A stretch of DNA of 64,000 nucleotides from a virus (taxonomy: Duplodnaviria; Caudoviricetes). Shown here piece by piece: positions 20,948 to 28,504 of the stretch. Where the stretch lies: positions 1 to 64,000 of IMG/VR virus record IMGVR_UViG_2871745582_000001, one strand, 5' to 3'. Position 1 is the first letter of the stretch, and each line of letters starts with the position of its first letter. Position numbers and translations under genes: made by a program. Below the pieces are notes generated by a model. That model ran no database searches and was not told where the DNA came from. It worked only from the letters and a program-made list of their open reading frames with translations.

Positions 20948-21188
20948 TTATTCACAGGCAGGGGATAAACCCTGCAACTGCATAATGTGACCCACCTTTT
21001 TGCATGTTATGACACACCTTTTTCATAATGTCACCCACCTTTTGCATAACGTGACACACCTTTTGCATAACGTGACACACCCGAAATCGCTGCAAGCCTT
21101 GGTACAAGCGGCCTGCGAGAGACGGGGATCTGTTTAGGATCTGATTGGGATCTGCTTGGATAAGTTATTGGATCTACCGTGTGGATAA
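20948..21188. other. Iteron origin (oriR-like)
   Basis: DnaA boxes TTATTCACA (20948) and TGTGGATAA (21180); five ~21-bp iterons 20979-21082; GATC repeats 21126-21175. Confidence 0.88.
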
Positions 21189-21216
21189 AATTAAGAAACT
21201 GGCCATTCAGCGAAAT

Positions 21217-21473
21217 TTGAGGGCAAATTTAACACCGTGTTAAGGGCAAGCCTTACACCTCTCGGGGCAAATCTTACACCGCGTCCCTCTCAGGCTTGTG
21301 GCGCAAGGGCTGCAAGCCGACTAAAAACGCTCAAAACATATAAAAATATCCCTTTAGATACGCTGGCTACTGCTAAAGGTGGAGTTTTTGCCCTCAATTC
21401 GGCATAAAAAGCACCTGTTAGTTCGGATAAGAGATGGAAGATTTGCCCTCGACTATGGAAAATTTGCCCTCAG
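21217..21473. repeat. Second repeat family: 3 direct plus 3 inverted 20-mers
   Basis: TTGAGGGCAAATYTTMCACC-like copies at 21217, 21240, 21261; reverse copies at 21378, 21433, 21454. Confidence 0.75.
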
Positions 21474-21536
21474 CGTCGCATAAAAAAACCAGCTCAAGTG
21501 AGCTGGCTGATATTTCACTAACGCTGAGTGATGCGG

Positions 21537-22493
21537 TTAAGCGGGGTGATCTTCATTGCGGCTACGGAAGTAGCGGCGCAAATCATCACGCAGGTCCAGG
21601 CTGCGATCAGAACCATCATCGTAAAGCTGGTGGACGCCTTGCCAGTCGCGATGCAGGTCAACCTGTGGATCAAAGTTACTGCGCGTCAGAATGTTCGTGC
21701 GCCAGTCATAGCCACGCTTGCCTTTCGGACCGTGCCAGTAATGCACCAGCATCCCTTCAACATACCCGACATTGCGGCGCAGGCGGCGAGCCTTCGTGCC
21801 CCATTCCTGCAGGTGGCGCATATAGCCATCGGAAATTTGGTAGTTGATCGAATCTTCAATCTTGCCCAGCAGGCCGCAGGCCATTTGCCAGTCAGCGCTG
21901 CCCAGAATTGAGAAGTCAATCAGGCCGCCTACGGCGTTGATCGCGCTGCGACGCCATGCCCACGCATAACCCGGATGGCCGCCTTGCTTTGTGGCCACGC
22001 CATCATTGCCGTAACCATCTGCGCTGTCTTTCTGGCACACCGGCACGCCGGCATGATACTGCGCCACCACGCCGCGGCGGTTTTCGGTGCCAATGCGCTT
22101 GTGATCCGCATCGAGGTCAATGGCCTCGCCAAACATCTGCACAACGTCGTAATGACGCAGCTGCTGGATAGTCTCTTCCACCCAGTCCGGGCGCATAAAA
22201 TCAACGTCAGCATCAATGAACGCCACGGGGTTACCGTCGTCAGGCAGGCGCTGAAGCATCAGATTGAGCATGTTTTCTTTGTGCCACAGCTCAAAGTCAG
22301 AACGCAGCTGCAGGTGATGCGGATTACCTGGCTCAGTGACTTCATGGGGGCGATCGGAGAAAGCGATCTCCACCGTCCAGAGCTGGGCATTCGCCTCATT
22401 GGCAATGCGCTGCGCAAATTCGCGGTAGAGGCGATAGCGGGACTCAAATCGGACCGGGTTGCTGATGCAGGTGATGATATGGAGCTTTTGCAT
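21537..22493 (-). CDS. Putative GT-A fold glycosyltransferase
   Basis: WHKENMLN, VAFIDADV (DxD), late H-x-x-H motif (HYWHG). Confidence 0.65.
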   Translation of the reverse strand: MQKLHIITCISNPVRFESRYRLYREFAQRIANEANAQLWTVEIAFSDRPHEVTEPGNPHHLQLRSDFELWHKENMLNLMLQRLPDDGNPVAFIDADVDFMRPDWVEETIQQLRHYDVVQMFGEAIDLDADHKRIGTENRRGVVAQYHAGVPVCQKDSADGYGNDGVATKQGGHPGYAWAWRRSAINAVGGLIDFSILGSADWQMACGLLGKIEDSINYQISDGYMRHLQEWGTKARRLRRNVGYVEGMLVHYWHGPKGKRGYDWRTNILTRSNFDPQVDLHRDWQGVHQLYDDGSDRSLDLRDDLRRYFRSRNEDHPA

Positions 22494-22855
22494 TATCGCG
22501 CGGCTCCTTCTGACAGCGCCTGCTTCAGGAGATAACCTTCCAGCGGCCAGATTTTCTCAACTGCATTTTTTCGAGCGATTTCGCGGCCGATCTGCTCGTT
22601 GAAATTCTCCGGGCTGGCGCAGGCGCTTTCACCCGTTACCGTAAAGCTATTTTTGAGCACCAGCACACAGATTGTCAGGCAACCGAGTGATGCATGGCGA
22701 GGCTGGCGCGCATTGACATCCAGGTTAGCCAGGGCACCCTGCTCAGCCGTGAAGTAATACTCCCCGGCAATTACGCCCTCAATTGAATCCGGCGTAAGGC
22801 GCGGCGCGGTCAGGCCGGCCGCCTGAATTTTCTGTTCGATATCCATATCAGTCAT
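22493..22855 (-). CDS. Phage N4 Gp49/Sf6 gp66 family protein
   Basis: LTICVLVLKNSFTVTGESACASPENFNEQIG...IWPLEGY. Confidence 0.85.
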   Translation of the reverse strand: MTDMDIEQKIQAAGLTAPRLTPDSIEGVIAGEYYFTAEQGALANLDVNARQPRHASLGCLTICVLVLKNSFTVTGESACASPENFNEQIGREIARKNAVEKIWPLEGYLLKQALSEGAAR

Positions 22856-23111
22856 GCAGATCCTTGATGATGTCTTGAAGAGTGATGCGCGGAACGATCT
22901 GAGAACGCACCCGCACAAAGAAAGGGAACCCGAGGAAGCTGAAATACGAAACGGTGGCAACAGCATCGTAATAAGCGCCCGGCAGCAGCATGTCTACCCG
23001 GCACAGAGGAAAATACTTTCCGGAAGGGCGGCGCACCAGCGCGCTGCGCTCAGTGACGTAGTGGGGCAACAGCCAGACCGCATACCAGAAAACATTGCAT
23101 AACGTGGTCAT
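22848..23111 (-). CDS. Small hydrophobic hypothetical protein
   Basis: Tightly packed within the late operon. Confidence 0.45.
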   Translation of the reverse strand: MTTLCNVFWYAVWLLPHYVTERSALVRRPSGKYFPLCRVDMLLPGAYYDAVATVSYFSFLGFPFFVRVRSQIVPRITLQDIIKDLHD

Positions 23112-23441
23112 TTACAGTCCCTGTAGCTTGCGGTTATACGCGTTGACGTTCTGGTTTTTTCGGTTGATCCCCGCCAGCTGGGTTTTTACATCCAGGATAT
23201 AGCCGGGCAGATCGTCCATGTTCTGCGCGGTAAACGGCGGCATGGTGCACATAAACGCCTGTTTAGCTGCCGGGCTGACCGTCTGCGCCGCTACCGGCGT
23301 TAAGCTGGCTGATGGCTTCTGAGAGCATGCGCTTAGTGTCAGAAGGAATAGGCTGGCTGATACCAGACTTGCCAAGCTCCGCCCGCATCTTTTTTTTGAG
23401 AACGTCGTTTTCTGCTGCCAGTTCTGCCTGTTTCCGGTCAT
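23112..23441 (-). CDS. mlp: Lipoprotein, Rz1/o-spanin-like
   Basis: Lipobox LSAC; overlaps the 3' part of ppfA; true start uncertain. Confidence 0.65.
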   Translation of the reverse strand: MTGNRQNWQQKTTFSKKRCGRSLASLVSASLFLLTLSACSQKPSASLTPVAAQTVSPAAKQAFMCTMPPFTAQNMDDLPGYILDVKTQLAGINRKNQNVNAYNRKLQGL

Positions 23442-23718
23442 CGTTCGCTTCCTGCTGGTGGTATGCCGATTCGTTCTGGTTAATGGCCGCCATTTTCAGA
23501 TCTTGCTGTTTGATCGTGGCGTCCTTGTCAGCGATGGTTTGTTTCTGCTGGCCGACAGTTTCGTTTAAACCGTTGATAGTGGTTTGCGCCCGTGACAGAC
23601 GTTTTTCCTCAATCCAGATGCCTGATGCACACAAGCCGATAACACCGATGACGGCGCCACCGATAATCAGCTTTTGCTTGATTGAGGAAAGCGAGGCGAG
23701 CGTAGAAAGCAGTGACAT
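23263..23718 (-). CDS. ppfA: Membrane-anchored coiled-coil protein, Rz/i-spanin-like
   Basis: N-terminal TM plus coiled coil; late promoter at 23743-23761. Confidence 0.65.
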   Translation of the reverse strand: MSLLSTLASLSSIKQKLIIGGAVIGVIGLCASGIWIEEKRLSRAQTTINGLNETVGQQKQTIADKDATIKQQDLKMAAINQNESAYHQQEANDDRKQAELAAENDVLKKKMRAELGKSGISQPIPSDTKRMLSEAISQLNAGSGADGQPGS

Positions 23719-23762
23719 AGTGACCTCCCTGGTCAGCCGAAGATTATGGGCAAAGTGCTTTG

Positions 23763-24539
23763 TTAGCTGGAGCCGTTTTCGAGAGAGGCGAGCACCGTTG
23801 CAGGCACCAGCGCTGCGACCGCGCTGGCGGTGCTGGTATTGCTGGCGGAAGCTTCGGCCAGCGCTGTATTCACGGCATTGGTATAGGCCGTTGTCGCTGT
23901 GGTCACGCTTTCGCTGGCCTTTGTGTAAACCGCCTGCAGGGCAGAATAAGCGCTGGTAGCTGTAGAGAGCAGGGCAGCAAACGCCTCCCAGGCGCTTTCT
24001 AAGGCGTTAATCTGGGCTTCTGACAGCGAGACCGCAGTAGCGGTTGTTGTCGTCGTGGTAGAGGCGCTGGAGGCGCTGCTGAGCGTCTCGTTAACATCGT
24101 CCATCGCGGCTGTCAGGCTCGATATATCCAGCGTGCCAACAGCGGTTACCAGCGCCTGGGGCGTCGCGGTATCGGCGATGGCCGTAGAAATGGGCAATTC
24201 AGTCACGTCCTGACTGTTGGCCCGGCAGTAAACATCCCAGCCGATATTTAACTGAAGAAGCGTGGACAGATTCGCGTTATCGCTGATGAGCGTCGCGTGC
24301 GTTGTTGCCTGTTCAGCCCACGCTTTCAGGGTTGAGGCTGCCGCCGTGATGCCGCTTACAAATTCAGTAACTGAGTCAGGATAGGAGACAGTGCTCACTA
24401 CCAGCTCAGTGAGTGTTCCCGCCAGCGCCGCCGCCGCCGTGGAGGCGGAAGAAGACAGCGTTTCTGATTGCGGCGTCTGGAGACCACCAGCAGCGGTAAG
24501 CTCCTGGTAGGCGGTGAGCTGATAATCCTTATCGAGCAT
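23763..24539 (-). CDS. upfB: P1 UpfB-like virion protein
   Basis: MLDKDYQLTAY...IGWDVYCRAN resembles P1 UpfB. Confidence 0.75.
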   Translation of the reverse strand: MLDKDYQLTAYQELTAAGGLQTPQSETLSSSASTAAAALAGTLTELVVSTVSYPDSVTEFVSGITAAASTLKAWAEQATTHATLISDNANLSTLLQLNIGWDVYCRANSQDVTELPISTAIADTATPQALVTAVGTLDISSLTAAMDDVNETLSSASSASTTTTTTATAVSLSEAQINALESAWEAFAALLSTATSAYSALQAVYTKASESVTTATTAYTNAVNTALAEASASNTSTASAVAALVPATVLASLENGSS

Positions 24540-24575
24540 CGCTAATCCTTAGTGTGTAAATCTCAGGGGGTGAGA

Positions 24576-24860
24576 TCATCCCACCTGTACAGAGTCGTCA
24601 CCTGAAGCAACCGTAGAGCCGCATGAAACGGGATCGCCTACGCAGACAACCGCCGCGCCATTGACGGTGAACCATGAGCGCGTAGACAGCGCCAGCCCGG
24701 CGTGCGCACTGTCGCCGTCGGAATGCACGAGATACTGCTTACCTTCTACAAGCACCTCGATACCGTTGATTGTCAGTAAAGGCTCAGCGTCAGCTGGTGG
24801 CCGGGCCGGGAAGCCGTCATGGCCGGAGCAGATGCTTACCTTTGTTGCGATAGAAGCCAA
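24576..24860 (-). CDS. upfC: PAAR spike-tip protein
   Basis: CSGHDGFP...VGDPVSCG PAAR-like motifs. Confidence 0.85.
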   Translation of the reverse strand: MASIATKVSICSGHDGFPARPPADAEPLLTINGIEVLVEGKQYLVHSDGDSAHAGLALSTRSWFTVNGAAVVCVGDPVSCGSTVASGDDSVQVG

Positions 24861-25067
24861 AACTGTGCCCTCCAGGGTAGATAACCAGTATGGATCCAGT
24901 CATTTGTCATCTGTTAGAGCAAAATTAGTGGATATAAGATCAGTAAGCACACGTTTTAACGAAGAATTTAATAATTTTTTAGAAATATTTATTGATTTAT
25001 TTAGCCCTCCAGATATTCTCTTAGACATCAAACAGCAACCATTCAGCAATCAATTATCAGGTTAAAC

Positions 25068-25598
25068 ATGCGTAAACTCATTCTTGCCGTAGCCTTAATG
25101 ACCTCAGTCTCAGCTCATGCCTCGGGTAAAGGCATTACTCAAATTTGCTCCGATTATGCGGATTATCTGGGCCACGCCTACGACTTCGCCGTTAGCGATC
25201 AGGAGGCCGATCGTCAGGTGCTGCTGCGTGACATAAGCGATCTCAAGCTTTCGATGGATACAGCCGAATGGGAGGTTGTACGCCTGCGCCATGACGCGAA
25301 GCGCCGGTACATGACTGGCATGCTCAGCAAGCGTAACAACGCCAGCAACCGCGACCAATATAACGAGTTTGTGCGTATCTGCGAGCAGGCTCCGGCCGCA
25401 ACCATTCCCAGCTGGTCAGCTTTAGTTTCCTCCGGCGTGGTCAGCCCTGAAGCGGCAGATAGCGCGGGCTATATGCCCAAAGGGCTTGAGAACGCTCCCG
25501 GCATGCGACATCAGGCAGTTAAGGGGTCAATGGCTGAACGGGCGCGCGGAGATGGCACGCCGGCTCAGGGACCAGATTTCGCTGCTGGCAAGCAGTAA
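25068..25598 (+). CDS. Secreted protein with a Sit-like C-terminal motif (possibly PmgF-like)
   Basis: Signal peptide (AHA); NAPGMRHQ...GSMAERA. Confidence 0.7.
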   Translation: MRKLILAVALMTSVSAHASGKGITQICSDYADYLGHAYDFAVSDQEADRQVLLRDISDLKLSMDTAEWEVVRLRHDAKRRYMTGMLSKRNNASNRDQYNEFVRICEQAPAATIPSWSALVSSGVVSPEAADSAGYMPKGLENAPGMRHQAVKGSMAERARGDGTPAQGPDFAAGKQ

Positions 25599-25637
25599 TT
25601 CTCAGAATTCCTCAATCCAGAAAAGGATGCCCATACC

Positions 25638-26009
25638 ATGAACCTGTTTCGCGTTGCACTGTGCCTTTCTGTTCTGCTGCCGTCCCTGTCAAAAGCTGAC
25701 CAGGTGACTTATGAGTGCAAGCAGGCATACGGCCGGGCTGACAGCAATTTTAATATCAAAGCCGACACCCTCCGCCGGGTGGCTGACGTGGTAGTGGTCA
25801 GGGATGGTCATCAGTTTCTTTATGGCATGGAAGACGGGATTGATTCGCCCCAGCTGCATGACAATGACACGCCTGGTTTCTTTAGCAACGTTGTCGGGAA
25901 CGTGCAGTTCGCCATGGTCGAGGAAGGCTCTAATATCTCCTTTTTCATGGCGGACCGAGGGCAGAAAGTCGGTGTGCAGGCTTATGACTGCGTGCCAAAA
26001 AAGCAGTAA
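25638..26009 (+). CDS. Secreted hypothetical protein
   Basis: Signal peptide; 2 Cys in the mature part. Confidence 0.65.
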   Translation: MNLFRVALCLSVLLPSLSKADQVTYECKQAYGRADSNFNIKADTLRRVADVVVVRDGHQFLYGMEDGIDSPQLHDNDTPGFFSNVVGNVQFAMVEEGSNISFFMADRGQKVGVQAYDCVPKKQ

Positions 26010-26033
26010 ATATTAACGAAAAAAGGGAAAACT

Positions 26034-26519
26034 ATGGCCTGGGAAAAAATGTCGTCAGAAGAGCAGCAAACGCATCCGCTTTATGGCAAGCGCTGTGCTA
26101 TCACCTGGTTTACAACCGGAATGTGGGTAATAACCGCTATTGGAGCGATGGCAACTGTTGGGCATGCACAGGATTATGAGCGGTATGTTCCAGGCTCAGG
26201 CCTGTTGATTTTAGCTTATGATCTGATGCCATCGGCATTTGCCGCTCTGATGCTTGCGCTATTCAGCCTGTATGGCAAATCGAAACGATCTGCAATCGTG
26301 GTGGCAATCATGCTTGTCCTGCTGCCTGTCGTTAAGACCCTGTCCCTGGTGCTGGGTGCGCAATGCTTTGGAGAAAATGCAGGGCTGGTGATCGGTGCCG
26401 GCACTCAGGATGTGGTGGGGACGCTATTTTTATGTGCCATTTTCCTCGTCGGATACCTGCTCTACGGCTTTTTTTCTTCTACGTTCAACGTGCAATACCT
26501 AAGCCGAAAACGGGCTTAA
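26034..26519 (+). CDS. 4-TM membrane protein
   Basis: Four hydrophobic segments; terminator at 26531-26553. Confidence 0.7.
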   Translation: MAWEKMSSEEQQTHPLYGKRCAITWFTTGMWVITAIGAMATVGHAQDYERYVPGSGLLILAYDLMPSAFAALMLALFSLYGKSKRSAIVVAIMLVLLPVVKTLSLVLGAQCFGENAGLVIGAGTQDVVGTLFLCAIFLVGYLLYGFFSSTFNVQYLSRKRA

Positions 26520-26563
26520 TCACCTCAAACAAAGCCGCATACTGCGGCTTTTTTATTACTCAT

Positions 26564-26580
26564 ATTGCTCTAATAAATTA
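26564..26580 (+). promoter_or_regulatory. C1 operator
   Basis: ATTGCTCTAATAAATTA. Confidence 0.85.
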
Positions 26581-26642
26581 TGTTTTTATTTTCTGTTTTT
26601 TGGATTATCATGCCCGCCTACATCACTAGCAGGCGTCGCTAA

Positions 26643-26927
26643 ATGAAGCTGATCAACAGAAAAGAATTCGACCGCCGGGTCACCAGCGGCGAGCTAAACG
26701 AAGTGCAGGCGGTATGGGCAGAAGAGGGCTTTTGTCTTATTGCTGGCATCCGCGAAACCAACGAAGCATTCATGCTGATGCGCACCGATAAATCCCCTTA
26801 TATCTGGAACACAGCAAAAGGGCCGGTCGATTACGCATCCACCCGCGGCAAGCGTCAGATCACCATCCATATCCGCACCGAAAAATCTATTAACCTCTTA
26901 CTCTCTGAAGGGCTGAAGCGTGGCTAA
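26643..26927 (+). CDS. P1 Uhr-like protein
   Basis: [11 protein letters not shown] motif, upstream of hrdC. Confidence 0.6.
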   Translation: MKLINRKEFDRRVTSGELNEVQAVWAEEGFCLIAGIRETNEAFMLMRTDKSPYIWNTAKGPVDYASTRGKRQITIHIRTEKSINLLLSEGLKRG

Positions 26928-27834
26928 TCTCTTTTCGCAGTTCAAAAAACTGTCCGTCTATAGCGTCTCCCGCGATGTCGATTTCTCAATGCTCTACAAA
27001 GAGTGCCTGGCATTTGCATTCACTCCTTGCGGCAGCCAGGACATGGCCAGAACGGGCTTTATTTCCCCGTTCGGCGCCAGTTCAGAGGTAATGACCCTTC
27101 AGGGCAACGGCTTCATCCTTCTGGCCGTGAAAAACGAGCAAAAAATCCTGCCATCTCCGGTAATTAAGCAGGAGCTGGAGAAGAAAATTGCCAAGCTCGA
27201 AAGCGAGCAGGGCCGCAAGCTGAAGAAGACGGAAAAAGACAGCCTGAAAGATGAGGTGCTTCACTCTCTGCTGCCGCGCGCGTTCACGAAAAGCCATCTC
27301 AGCCACATCATCATTGATGGCGCTAACCACCGTATTTATATCAACGAAGGCGCACGCAAGTCTGAAGACCTGCTGGCGCTGCTGCGTAAAACGCTCGGCT
27401 CGCTGCCCGTTGTCCCGCTGACGCTGGAAACCCCGGCTGAGCTGACAATGACGAAGTGGGTGAAAGAGGCTGACATTCCCGCCGGCTTCGCCCTGGGTGA
27501 TGCCGCTGAGCTCAAAGCCATTCTGGAAGACGGCGGCATTGCGCGCGTCAAAAACCAGGACTTATGCAGCGATGAGATCACCACACACCTTGAGGCGGGC
27601 AAGCTGGTCACCAAGCTGTCACTGGACTGGCAGGAGCGCCTGCAATTCACCATCGATGACAGCGTTGCCCTGACCGGCATTAAATTCTCCGACGCGCTGG
27701 CGGAGCAAAACGACGATATCGACCGTGAAGATGTCGCGCAGCGCATGGATGCCGATTTCCTGCTGCTGACAGATGAAATCTCTTCGCTGGTTAATGCGCT
27801 GGTGGAAAGTTTAGGCGGCGAGGCCAAGCGTTAA
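26920..27834 (+). CDS. hrdC: Recombination-associated RdgC homolog
   Basis: [19 protein letters not shown] and [12 protein letters not shown] motifs. Confidence 0.92.
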   Translation: MANLFSQFKKLSVYSVSRDVDFSMLYKECLAFAFTPCGSQDMARTGFISPFGASSEVMTLQGNGFILLAVKNEQKILPSPVIKQELEKKIAKLESEQGRKLKKTEKDSLKDEVLHSLLPRAFTKSHLSHIIIDGANHRIYINEGARKSEDLLALLRKTLGSLPVVPLTLETPAELTMTKWVKEADIPAGFALGDAAELKAILEDGGIARVKNQDLCSDEITTHLEAGKLVTKLSLDWQERLQFTIDDSVALTGIKFSDALAEQNDDIDREDVAQRMDADFLLLTDEISSLVNALVESLGGEAKR

Positions 27835-27844
27835 TCCGCCTTTT

Positions 27845-27861
27845 GTTGCTCTAATAAATAA
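27845..27861 (+). promoter_or_regulatory. C1 operator
   Basis: GTTGCTCTAATAAATAA. Confidence 0.75.
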
Positions 27862-27907
27862 CGTTATTTACTATGAGGCTCATAACATTACCACCAGCGA
27901 GAGCATT

Positions 27908-28504
27908 ATGAGCCAGGCCGTTATCGTCTCTTTTTACACGCCTGAATGGGAATACCGCAGCCGCGCAGAGCAACTGATGCGCGACTGTGACCAGCTGGGG
28001 ATTGCGCATGATATCCGCGCGCGCCCGAGCCTGGGTAACTGGAACCGCAACACCGCCATGAAGCCGCAGTTCATTCGGGAAGTCCTTAGCGACCACCAGC
28101 ACGTTATCTGGCTGGACTGCGACGGCAAGTTGATATCCAGCCCCAGCCTCTGCCTTTTTCAGCCTGAATCGGTCGGTATAGCTGCCGTGCCGCATCAGAC
28201 CATGAGCAACCATGCGTTTTCGCCGCGGGCGTGGCATACGGGCCTGATAAGCATCCTCCGCCGCGACGAAACACAGGCTTTTGTCAGCCAGTGGGAAGTA
28301 ACGTGCCGCGAGCAGGAAATAACGGATGAGCTGGGCTTTCATCTGGTGGCGCAGCAGTGGCAGGGGATGATTAACCCGCTCCCGGCCAGCTACCTGCGCA
28401 TTATTCGAAAGGGCCGCATCCCGGCCAACACTATTTACGGACTGGGGTTATCAGAATCCCCGGACAAGATGGCGATGAAGAAGCGCCAGAAGGCAAAAAA
28501 ATGA
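27908..28504 (+). CDS. Putative nucleotide-diphospho-sugar transferase (GT-A)
   Basis: KPQFI...VIWLDCD (DxD), HTG, DE motifs. Confidence 0.65.
   Translation: MSQAVIVSFYTPEWEYRSRAEQLMRDCDQLGIAHDIRARPSLGNWNRNTAMKPQFIREVLSDHQHVIWLDCDGKLISSPSLCLFQPESVGIAAVPHQTMSNHAFSPRAWHTGLISILRRDETQAFVSQWEVTCREQEITDELGFHLVAQQWQGMINPLPASYLRIIRKGRIPANTIYGLGLSESPDKMAMKKRQKAKK

Noticed and set aside
20979..21082. Tandem repeats as a novel array
   Set aside because: Explained as standard RepA iterons
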